This document shows positions 27,901-36,145 of a stretch of DNA of 55,361 nt, one piece after another. How positions within the stretch are numbered: the stretch's first letter is position 1; each line of letters begins with the position of its first letter. The notes under the pieces are model-generated. The model had not been told where the DNA came from. It saw only the letters and a program-made list of their open reading frames with translations, and did not search any database. Position numbers and translations under genes: made by a program. The stretch covers positions 1-55,361 of the forward strand of contig JAEOTM010000079.1 in the NCBI GenBank assembly GCA_016839815.1, given 5' to 3'. Source of the stretch: Candidatus Hodarchaeota archaeon. Lineage in GTDB: Archaea > Asgardarchaeota > Heimdallarchaeia > Hodarchaeales > Hodarchaeaceae.

Positions 27901-30776
27901 TCAATCATGACATCTCCTTCATAATAACCTCCTCTCCAATAAGATGGGTATCCAAATCCGTAGAAATCATCGCACCACCAGAACCACCAATCGAGTTGGC
28001 GACTTTTCCATGAAGATACCGTCCAAACTGAAGGCCAAAACTGTTGATCCTTAAAATGTTCAAGTTCCGATTCAGGATCTGGTTCGACTCCAAAGACCGA
28101 GCTATCAATGAATGAAATCGCCAGAACAGTTGAAATAGGGTTATTTTTGGCATCGAATACCTGAATATCTATTTTAGCTTCTTCACCCGGTGTGTAAACA
28201 TCTTTATCAGATTTAATCTCCACAATAAGGGATGAGTCAATTTCCACATATAAACGTACTTCTTGAATAACCCCAGTGGACAAGATTGCAAATCCATAAA
28301 TCCAAACTTTTGGTGCAAGGGTGGAAATATCACTAAGTGTCAAACTAAATGAGCTTGCTGTACTAGATGGAATATATTGAGTTGTGAGTATTCCTTTCTT
28401 CACAAATTGGACCATGACAGGAGCGTTTGTTTCCCCTTCTACCTCTCCTGAAATTGTCATACTGTCACTTAGAGTGTAGCTAGCTTTATCCAAAGTCATT
28501 GAGAACTCTTGAGAGGGGCCTACTGTGAAAAAAGCTGTTGTATCATATTTATAATAATTATATGATCCCCATTCGTATGTAAAAGTTTTCCTTACATAGA
28601 TATGCACAAAATACTTTCCATTTGGTGCATAGGAGGAAAGTTGGAATGAAAAAGTCTCTCCAGATGTAGGTACAAAACTCCTTTTTTCACCGATTAACTC
28701 GTAATCTGTATCAAAGATACGTACACGGACATTTCCAGATAGTTGACTAAAAGTTAAAAGACTATGAAGATTTACGTTAATATTCACTGTTTCACCAGGC
28801 AAATAGGATTCTGAATCAAGAGATACATCGGCTCTTAACAGATCTACAGAGAAGTAAAATGATGACATGCCATTCCGACCATCCCCTGAATTTAATTCAA
28901 CTACTCCATAAAATCTGGTAGTAAGAATTAAGATTTCTTGCGGGATAGCAAATTCGTAACGACCATATCCATTTTCGTCTGTTTGTGATTCAAAAGTGGC
29001 TACATAGATTGTAGTATCTTGAGATAACATTCCATAAAGCTTAATGGTTACTTCAGCTTCAGGAAGGGGTTGAAAGCTTCTCCAGTAATAATATCCAGCA
29101 GAATATTGATAAGCACCAAAATAAAGGGTAACATTTTCATCTGCTTTTGGGAACCATGGATTTACCCACGCCCAAACGTAAACATTTTCTGTGATTTGAA
29201 CAGAGGTAGAGAAACTAACCTCTCGATCTACAGTGTCAGTTACTGTTGCATTTAATGATATACCATATAATCCACTATCTTTCAATGAGGAAGGTAATCT
29301 ATAGGAAAATTTCCATAATCCATTTTCATCAGTTTCTCCAGATAATGTTGTAAGATCTCCAATCAGAAGTTCTACCTGTCCTTGAATCACAGGTTTTCCA
29401 AAATAGTAGATAGCACTTAATGTTCCAGACACTCTTTGACCAGGAGCAACATACTCTTTATCCAACTCGATCTCAACCCTGTATGCGGGTTTTTCATATT
29501 TATCGACTCGAATATCAGTTGTGGTAATTACCTCATCCTTCTGGGTGACAATACTATATGCTCCCAGTTCACTTTCTGAATCAAGCACGAAGGAATATTC
29601 GGAAACACCATATGAATTTGATTTTAGAGATTTTTGGAATAAAGTATGATGAGAGGGAGATAGTAATTTCAAAGTAAATGATGTGGAAATAGGTTGCTTT
29701 GTCGCTTTCAGGTAATCATTTTGCCATAATAGAATTCGGGCTTGAACGGTCTCTCCTGGATTATAGATTGGCTTATCGGTTGTCACAATGAACTCGTAAG
29801 GACTAAATTCCTGATATCCATCAGAGGTCCAGTAATATCCTCCGCGGTAAATGTCCCGTAAAACGTACGTAGTTTCCCCATTATACGTAACAGAGAGATT
29901 GGCCATAAAATGATAATTTTCACTAAAATTAGATGGAGGAATAAACGTGATTTCAGTAACTCCCTGTACATCTGAGATTCCACCGAACAGTTCTTCAGAG
30001 TAGATGGAATAATTTCCAGATTGATAATCATAAGTAAATAACTCTCCCGTGAGCGTTACCGCCGCTCCTGTAATAGGCGAAAAGTCAGTAGTATTTAGTA
30101 CATATGCTACTGAATAATGCGGTTGCCCTTTGACAAATTCACGTGAGACTCTCCAAAAAATACCAATATCTGCGATATTGAATGATCGAGATTTATAGTA
30201 ATAAGCATCATATTCATCACGTATAATTATTGAATATCGCCCTTGAACAGAAGTTTGAAATATTCCCTCATACTGGCCATCTGAATTTGTAGTGACGATT
30301 TTTCTTTCAATGATTCGATCTTCATAATTCACAATATCATAATAATAATAATGATACCATCCCCAGTACTCACCTTTAATAATCTCAATAGTGATTCTTT
30401 CACCTGGTACTGGATTCAAGCCTCTTGAAGCTTGGATGACATATCGTAGAGGTTGCCCAGGTTGAGTAATTTCCTTTTCCAGATCAATTTGGATTACTAG
30501 TCGCTCATCATCACCTTGACCAATCTTAGACGTGACTTCTGGAGTCATATTATTAAAATTCAGGGGACTAGGATCAAATGATTCGTACGAGGCTGTTTCA
30601 GGTTGTTCAATTGCCTGAATTTCTGGTTCAAGCTCAGGTGCTTGATAATTTTGATTATTCAAAACATCTATTGCTGTAGAATCATGTTCTACCATTAAGT
30701 CAGCTGATGTGACCTGTACTATTCCAAATAATAAGACTAATAATAGTGTTAAGCTAATTACTCTGTTTTTGATCAT
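24906..30776 (-). CDS. Alpha-2-macroglobulin / thioester-containing protein, secreted and C-terminally membrane-anchored
   Basis: TDKPIYNPGE (MG2), YEKP, YYFGKPV, IRDNLPE, LPDTIGEW, thioester YPYGCTEQT, QHPDGGWGWW TED; signal peptide and C-terminal TM+RKRR; start set at ATG 30776. Confidence 0.93.
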   Translation of the reverse strand: MIKNRVISLTLLLVLLFGIVQVTSADLMVEHDSTAIDVLNNQNYQAPELEPEIQAIEQPETASYESFDPSPLNFNNMTPEVTSKIGQGDDERLVIQIDLEKEITQPGQPLRYVIQASRGLNPVPGERITIEIIKGEYWGWYHYYYYDIVNYEDRIIERKIVTTNSDGQYEGIFQTSVQGRYSIIIRDEYDAYYYKSRSFNIADIGIFWRVSREFVKGQPHYSVAYVLNTTDFSPITGAAVTLTGELFTYDYQSGNYSIYSEELFGGISDVQGVTEITFIPPSNFSENYHFMANLSVTYNGETTYVLRDIYRGGYYWTSDGYQEFSPYEFIVTTDKPIYNPGETVQARILLWQNDYLKATKQPISTSFTLKLLSPSHHTLFQKSLKSNSYGVSEYSFVLDSESELGAYSIVTQKDEVITTTDIRVDKYEKPAYRVEIELDKEYVAPGQRVSGTLSAIYYFGKPVIQGQVELLIGDLTTLSGETDENGLWKFSYRLPSSLKDSGLYGISLNATVTDTVDREVSFSTSVQITENVYVWAWVNPWFPKADENVTLYFGAYQYSAGYYYWRSFQPLPEAEVTIKLYGMLSQDTTIYVATFESQTDENGYGRYEFAIPQEILILTTRFYGVVELNSGDGRNGMSSFYFSVDLLRADVSLDSESYLPGETVNINVNLHSLLTFSQLSGNVRVRIFDTDYELIGEKRSFVPTSGETFSFQLSSYAPNGKYFVHIYVRKTFTYEWGSYNYYKYDTTAFFTVGPSQEFSMTLDKASYTLSDSMTISGEVEGETNAPVMVQFVKKGILTTQYIPSSTASSFSLTLSDISTLAPKVWIYGFAILSTGVIQEVRLYVEIDSSLIVEIKSDKDVYTPGEEAKIDIQVFDAKNNPISTVLAISFIDSSVFGVEPDPESELEHFKDQQFWPSVWTVSSWKSRQLDWWFWWCDDFYGFGYPSYWRGGYYEGDVMIDYGAPTNEQGFKNTEESPPDADVGQKIRDNLPENAFWTPFAIEEDGLISITITLPDTIGEWTVRVVATSPTSGIGTLTKYTFKTFIPFFVEIVKDPFVLQDDIFIIKGVVYNYLGELAEIDVSIDPANGITVLGDASQRIRLPGDFLGSISWACLAEDADFVNVTIYATTELNNGSRYSDAIRKAVDIIPNGVETEFKESGFVYQKPHFEYLRYSDAVKQIEFLELSLGLGSTAISSWERLVGYPYGCTEQTISRIVPDALILNYLNETGQLTNETADLLTDMLVTGLSRLYSQQHPDGGWGWWSSDSSRVYMTALVLYGLSAVRDVGIYVDPLVVKAALNSILTKQNYDGSWTPDSWRNIDEVSFTAFALRSLIYWSAELTDIDPINDAISYVSSAWSDSTKQSSYLAALYLDAVVDSSFGSPTFESNLLSYLVSEVQLSGDGNFWKYSSTPGYYWRALGGQVEITGLALKALVKKDPTSHMPIIRGAIQWLLGRQSRYGWGNTADTSAAISSLITISKEGFSSDEDTNVKVYLNEEEIGNYDLSVNGEPVIYLNLKSLIQSGENNFTFSKSGTGNVSYYFYSHQTLRALPEILLPSEITVAPTQEVNIPIQLSPQSAEVFAANVTISPVQGEILPIINLPQTIQLLTHETTLTFRYEAPSVPGTYTIPGFEIFYLLANSDQSSFSPGIISRQYGPITLVVSNSVEGILTVSTPISDPNNPKSEVQMSLQSKSRVVGLSLDREFSQEKYIQPGDLIQVTLKVNNENETMNFLMLEESIPSGFTVDPSTVQHSQEMYSISSTRITFFFAQLPAGETKVKYGLIASNIRQSLVVPAKLSSMYDDWIVRSAPAILGEARIPIDPQTGEIVKDLIYPTLNRLKLSEIQDVDSPYLNIEVVATDNWGVASVKVYIKQSSWFSFDCYAEGTQWVAKGRGLAAGNAQVYVEIMDYAGNVFVTSDSIHMLELSTIFIPFIPIISLIIFAFVTGAGISTYVRKRRI

Positions 30777-30852
30777 TTTTATCACATTTGGGGAAAAATT
30801 GAGATTCTCTTTTCTAATTCGAATACTCACTCCCGTCATATTAGATACCAAG

Positions 30853-30885
30853 CATTAGAACACCTTTGAACTGCGTGTTCTAGTG
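30853..30885. repeat. 11-bp imperfect inverted repeat between polB and the A2M gene
   Basis: CATTAGAACAC (30853-30863) / GTGTTCTAGTG (30875-30885), 11-nt spacer. Confidence 0.55.
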
Positions 30886-30972
30886 TTTCGAAGCCTGTTC
30901 AAAACGGATTTTTTCGAAGATATTCAAGGTTAAAATCGAGTAAGAGACAGAATAAGGATAAAAAGAGATTTC

Positions 30973-33582
30973 TTAGCTCTCTAAATGAAAGAATTCAGTC
31001 AATGGAATGATAAAACGGCCGTGAAGGGCTTCATTCTCATTAAGAGAAATGCCAAATCGATTACTAGCCCCAAGAATTTCTTTTATATAGTGAAACCGAT
31101 CAATTTTCTTCTGACCTGATCGAAAAACATCTGGATGAAAGGCACGCTTAAACTGTGGCTGATTAAGTCCACTCTTGGCTATTATATATGGAAATCCATC
31201 CCATTGTGTCCATTCAATCTCGGAATCAAGATTCTGTGCCCTGCAATAGTTAAGAAACGCACCTACTGCAGGAGTACGGGTTTTGTACTTGGTAGGAGCC
31301 CGTTTTACAGGCCCCCTAATCCTCAATTCCGGAAGAAGTTCAGAAAGAGGTGCCTTTAAAATAAAACGACAAGTCTGGATTACAAACCTCCGAGCTTTAT
31401 ACATTCGACGATCACTAAAGTCCATTAGGAGAATTTCAAGTAATTTTCGTTGAGTTTTTTTAGCTAATGGAGACCAATCAGACCTGACTGCTTCAAAACC
31501 CCGAATAATGACATCTTGAGAGAGGAGTGAGAGATATGCATATGCTTTCTTTCTTCCTTTTTTTAAAATAATTCTGAGGGCGATATCTTCGAGTTTTAAC
31601 TCAAGAAGATCTGGTAGCTGATTGGATAAAAACTCTTGGTACTTTTCGATAAAAGTATGGAGTAAACGTAGGTTCTTGATTCGGTGATCTTCAGGCACTG
31701 ATGGAAGAAAATCGGACGGGTCTAGGCTAGAGCTAATAAACTCACAAAATATAGAATCTGTATCTCCATAACGTACTACTACATTAAATTCTTGTGTTTT
31801 GGAAAATTCCTTTGTCCAATCTTGTAGGCGTTCACCTAATAACTCCCGTGCAATTCCTGTAATACTATTTGATAAGAGGTGATGATAAAAACGCCCTCGT
31901 GGATAATTTGCTGCTCCACACAGCGAGTTCGCCATCAATTTTAAGGAGCGTTGCTGTTTTTCAAGTAACTGGATTCGTCTACGCTGATCATTTGATATTC
32001 CATTTTCTCTTAGAGATTGCAGTGATTTAATGGAATGATATCTCTCATCAAGAATTCGATCCATAAGATCCGCAAAAGCACCTCTTGGTTCATTGAAAAA
32101 CCTATCTTCAGGTGATTTCGACTCAGAATGTGGAATAAGGGTTTCTCCAGAAATATTATGCGTTCTAACAATATTCGGATACAAAGAACGAAAGTCAAAG
32201 ATTGCCACAAAAAGGGCCTCATCGACTTCTGGATCAATTACCCATCCTCCAAGATGAGGATACTTCTTTTTCAATACATTTCGTTCCGAGATTTCAGATT
32301 TCGAAGGCTTAGAAGGAACAAGAATATTACGATCATGCAAAATGCGCATTAACTCAAATTCACCAATATTTCGACTAGTGGAGAGTAAACCCTCGGGTAA
32401 AAGATATCCAGCAAGCTTACATAATTCAATCGCGGTGATTACACCTAATTCTGCAACTAATCGAAATGTAAGGATTGAGTCGGTTATTGAATAATCATAA
32501 AATTGCTCTCCATCACTAAAGGATCCATTAATACTATTCCTCCAGAGTTCTCCCAAGCTTTTTTCGGATTTAACTTTAGTCTCTCCTAATAATAAACTCG
32601 CAATTGTATCAAGATTCTTTTTACCAGAGAGAGGATGAATATAACGCGTTTTAGGGATTAAGTCTACAACTGCTCTTCCTTTCAAACGAAATCCATCTAT
32701 AGGAACAGAAGTTCGAATGATATCAGCCTGGCGGTGCTCGAATAATGCAAGCGATCCTAAAGATAAACCATATCTTCCCATTCGGGCTTTAAGATAAGGA
32801 ATATCAAAATATGTTCCGTTAAATGATACAAGTACATCAGGATCAATTTTTCTAATGTTTTGAACAAATTGGTTAAGTAATTTCTTTTCAGCAACATCAG
32901 TATCAGCTTGTAGGATAAGTGCGTTTGCTTCAGGAGTATTTTCACCTGATTTTCCCCAAGCATAAGAGATGGCAGTCACTCTACGTATTTTACTAGAAAA
33001 TAGTTCTTGAAAAGTTTCCCCTTGTTCATTTACTTCAATGTCAAATGTCAGAATTAAGGGTTGATAATCAGCTAATTGTGCGTCCGATGGTTGTAATTTT
33101 TGATAGTCAGCTTCTAATGAGATTTTATCAGGAGCCTCATTAATTATTTTCCCGTCTACAGAAAGCATTTGAAGTCCCCGTAGATTTCGATCAATTAAGA
33201 ACCGTTTGGTAAAGGGAATATCTGCTTCAAAAACGTTAATACCCCGAAGTTCAAACAGAGACCGTATCTTGGGTACTTGATAGGGACGACGACCAGTAAG
33301 TTTAGTTAGAATTTTCTGCTCCGCACCAAAATAGGTTTGTTTATTACACTCCTCTATTCCAATGATCCATGATTGAATAATCTCTCCTTCTTCCTCAATT
33401 ATCTCATGAACTGATTCTACACTTGTTTCAACATAAAAGTAAGGGAAGAATCCAGTTACTACAACTTCAACTCTATGATTTTCACTTCTCCCCCATAAAT
33501 GAATATTCGTAGTTTGTTGGTCACTAGAGACAGAATAATCCGCATCTAATAAGATAAAGTCTATTTCTGTCTCCAATTTCAA
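30973..33582 (-). CDS. polB: Family B DNA polymerase with 3'-5' exonuclease
   Basis: ExoI FDIE, ExoII FNG..FDIPYL, ExoIII YSITD, region II DFRSLYP, region III KLMANSLCG, region I YGDTDS, KKAY, RGFEAVRSDWS. Confidence 0.93.
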   Translation of the reverse strand: MKLETEIDFILLDADYSVSSDQQTTNIHLWGRSENHRVEVVVTGFFPYFYVETSVESVHEIIEEEGEIIQSWIIGIEECNKQTYFGAEQKILTKLTGRRPYQVPKIRSLFELRGINVFEADIPFTKRFLIDRNLRGLQMLSVDGKIINEAPDKISLEADYQKLQPSDAQLADYQPLILTFDIEVNEQGETFQELFSSKIRRVTAISYAWGKSGENTPEANALILQADTDVAEKKLLNQFVQNIRKIDPDVLVSFNGTYFDIPYLKARMGRYGLSLGSLALFEHRQADIIRTSVPIDGFRLKGRAVVDLIPKTRYIHPLSGKKNLDTIASLLLGETKVKSEKSLGELWRNSINGSFSDGEQFYDYSITDSILTFRLVAELGVITAIELCKLAGYLLPEGLLSTSRNIGEFELMRILHDRNILVPSKPSKSEISERNVLKKKYPHLGGWVIDPEVDEALFVAIFDFRSLYPNIVRTHNISGETLIPHSESKSPEDRFFNEPRGAFADLMDRILDERYHSIKSLQSLRENGISNDQRRRIQLLEKQQRSLKLMANSLCGAANYPRGRFYHHLLSNSITGIARELLGERLQDWTKEFSKTQEFNVVVRYGDTDSIFCEFISSSLDPSDFLPSVPEDHRIKNLRLLHTFIEKYQEFLSNQLPDLLELKLEDIALRIILKKGRKKAYAYLSLLSQDVIIRGFEAVRSDWSPLAKKTQRKLLEILLMDFSDRRMYKARRFVIQTCRFILKAPLSELLPELRIRGPVKRAPTKYKTRTPAVGAFLNYCRAQNLDSEIEWTQWDGFPYIIAKSGLNQPQFKRAFHPDVFRSGQKKIDRFHYIKEILGASNRFGISLNENEALHGRFIIPLTEFFHLES

Positions 33583-33657
33583 CTCTCCATCTATTCATGT
33601 AACACACGATGTATTACTGCGATTATTTTACCTCTAGAATCCTCAGAATTCCTTAAA

Positions 33658-34185
33658 TTATTCATTCACTTTCTTTAATCCTGTTAAATATCGGGGAGCT
33701 AATTCAGCATACAGATTTGCAGAAAATTCAATTAAGGAACAATTTGAATCAGAAATTTTCATAACAATCTTGGCAGGTACCCCAACGACCAACGATTCTT
33801 CTTCAATTATTTTTTTTCCAGTAACCAATGAACCAACAGCAATTATACACCAGTCTTTTATTTCCGCATGATCATTTACAATGGCAGCCATACCTATAAT
33901 CACATTATTATGAATTGTTGGTCTATGTACGATTGCTCCATGGCCTATTGTGACATTATCTCCGATAATAGCAACCTGATCAGGACCAGCATGTAAAATA
34001 CACTTTTCCTGAACTGATGTCCGATTTCCAATGTGGATTTTTCCATAATCTCCACAGATTTTTGCACCTGATCCAATATAGCAATTCTTACCGACTACTA
34101 CATCTCCGACGACTTCTGCAGAACTAGCAACATACGAATCCTTTCCAATAATTGGAGTAGACCCTTCAAATTGGTAGATTGTCAT
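33658..34185 (-). CDS. Gamma carbonic anhydrase family (left-handed beta-helix) protein
   Basis: Hexapeptide repeats; three His ligands (CILH, IGH, IVH); GVPAK. Confidence 0.88.
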   Translation of the reverse strand: MTIYQFEGSTPIIGKDSYVASSAEVVGDVVVGKNCYIGSGAKICGDYGKIHIGNRTSVQEKCILHAGPDQVAIIGDNVTIGHGAIVHRPTIHNNVIIGMAAIVNDHAEIKDWCIIAVGSLVTGKKIIEEESLVVGVPAKIVMKISDSNCSLIEFSANLYAELAPRYLTGLKKVNE

Positions 34186-34382
34186 ATTATATCTTAATTC
34201 ATAACTCGATAATCCCTCTTTTCAAGATTTTTGGTAAAAACAAAACCAAATATCTGATAAACCGAAGGATTCGACCAATGTATTTCTAAATCATACTTAG
34301 TATTAATACCAAGTAATAGAAAAAAGAGGGAAAAGGAGGTAATGAAATCCGTATATTTCATACGATCGAATTAAAAATTTCA

Positions 34383-35384
34383 TTAGCTCGCTTTAGCTTC
34401 GGAATATTTTCCACGGGATACAATATCCAGAAAACGAACAATGATGAACATCTCTATGATTCCTACACCCAAACCAAAGACTATTAGTACAAACATGATG
34501 AATGAAATCTGTAGTGTAGTATCACCATTAAATTCTTGGGAGGCGAGTACGAAAAGGCCACCTAAAAAGGTCCAGATTCCAAGTCCCAAAGAATATACGA
34601 GAATTTTTTTGTGAAATGATTTTTGATTGTTCTGTATTCTATCTGTTCCAATAACAATGGCACTAAGGCGTTTGTTAAAACCTATATAAACACGATAAGT
34701 TCTCTCATAGATATTCCCAGGTGTAGTGATTATAAAACTGACAGTTTTAACAATGATGGAAATTGCGCGTGAAACAATACCAGTCTCTGAAATAACAATC
34801 CAAACCACGGCGATTGCTACTCCTACAAGTCCAATACCAATGAATAGGAGTGCAGGATCTGATGTAAAAACTCCAGTTAAGATTTCAAAAATTCCACGGA
34901 AGAAGTCCACAATACCCCACCGTTCGATTTTATCTTCACCAGTTCCAGTATCGAGACCGATAATCCATAAAATGATTTCTAAGAATAATCCCAGTATGTC
35001 ACCAAGATTTTCCACTAATGAATCAATACTGAGATCTTCCAAAAAGTTGCTTACTGCATCACTGCCAAAAACAGCGACTACCACTGCCACCAATATTCCA
35101 ACAAAGAAACCGACAAGAATGAAGAAGGTCGGAGTACTTTCCATAAATAATTGCTCATCTTCTGTTAATAACTTGTCACTAGATTCTCTTGTTTTTATGA
35201 ATCTTACCGAACGACTTAACATCCGTAATATCCAGACATATGGGAAGAGAACTAACTTCAAGAGGAAAGCTATAAAATTCCAGATTCCTGCGAAGATAGC
35301 AAATATATCATCTTTACCAAAGCCATCACTTAAATCAAATCGATATTTTTCTTGCGTCATAAAATAGACCTCATGAAAACTCAT
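34383..35384 (-). CDS. Hypothetical multi-pass membrane protein
   Basis: About 6 hydrophobic segments; divergent from actin; probable start MTQEK. Confidence 0.7.
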   Translation of the reverse strand: MSFHEVYFMTQEKYRFDLSDGFGKDDIFAIFAGIWNFIAFLLKLVLFPYVWILRMLSRSVRFIKTRESSDKLLTEDEQLFMESTPTFFILVGFFVGILVAVVVAVFGSDAVSNFLEDLSIDSLVENLGDILGLFLEIILWIIGLDTGTGEDKIERWGIVDFFRGIFEILTGVFTSDPALLFIGIGLVGVAIAVVWIVISETGIVSRAISIIVKTVSFIITTPGNIYERTYRVYIGFNKRLSAIVIGTDRIQNNQKSFHKKILVYSLGLGIWTFLGGLFVLASQEFNGDTTLQISFIMFVLIVFGLGVGIIEMFIIVRFLDIVSRGKYSEAKAS

Positions 35385-35944
35385 GTAATTGTTAAGAAAA
35401 TGAAGAAGCTTTCTTTCTTCCTCAGAATTTAGTAGATAATCATAAACATCCCAAAGGATTTTTTATACTTTTTTAAATTGAAGAGAGAACGGAAAGCTCG
35501 AACGTTTTTGATGAGTTCCTAGAGATAGAAAATATATAGCTCCAATTACTGTTTCAAAAAACTTTGGGCTAGAGAACGGACTAAATCTGCATATGTCTGA
35601 TCTACTAAGGAAAAATCATTTAAAACTGCCTTCAACTGATAAAAATTCTTTTAAAAGTGAATTAAAGTGAATCTACAACATCATACACTGTTTTGAGCCG
35701 TTTTTACCTGAGAATCCTAATTATACGCCGCAACTTGTTCTCATTTTCTATTTAAATCGCAATTTCGATTAAGCGGATAATTTCACTAGAGAATCTTATC
35801 GTGAGCCAAAATTGGCTGATTCTTCATCTTTTTTGAAAACGACGTGACAAAAATCCAGTACTCAACTAACCAGCATTTTTTGTGTGATAAAGTGAGAACC
35901 AACCCCTAAAATTGACACAAAACTTGTTTAAAGATCTTCATCTA

Positions 35945-35968
35945 GCGAAAGGGAACCTTTATAATAAA
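35945..35968 (+). promoter_or_regulatory. Candidate BRE/TATA promoter for actin
   Basis: GCGAAAGGGAACC followed by TTTATAAT (35958-35965), about 180 bp upstream of the actin ATG. Confidence 0.45.
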
Positions 35969-35994
35969 ACAAGAACACCCATGACTTGCATTAA

Positions 35995-36111
35995 GCCAAT
36001 CGAACCCGCAGAAACAGTTTCACTTACTCGAGTGAAACGATATCTGTTCGAGTATATAAAAGGAAAACCACGAAATCGAAAATAAGAGTGGTTGGCAATA
36101 CTTTGGTTCGA
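35995..36111 (+). promoter_or_regulatory. Structured actin leader or operator array
   Basis: GTTTCACT/AGTGAAAC, CAGA/TCTG, TCGAAC(C) with two alternative partners, AACCAC/GTGGTT, GCCAAT/GTTGGC. Confidence 0.45.
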
Positions 36112-36145
36112 GAAGCAGAAAAACAACAACTAAAAAGTGATTAAA

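Noticed and set aside
30973-33582. Intein in PolB, or an inactivated PolB2
   Set aside because: Normal length, no intein or LAGLIDADG motifs, catalytic motifs intact
34726-35367. 213-aa plus-strand ORF
   Set aside because: Antisense shadow of the membrane protein gene 34383-35384
35981-36085. 34-codon uORF as a stand-alone CDS feature
   Set aside because: The ATG is only ~16 nt after the TATA box and may precede the TSS; no SD; kept only within the leader finding
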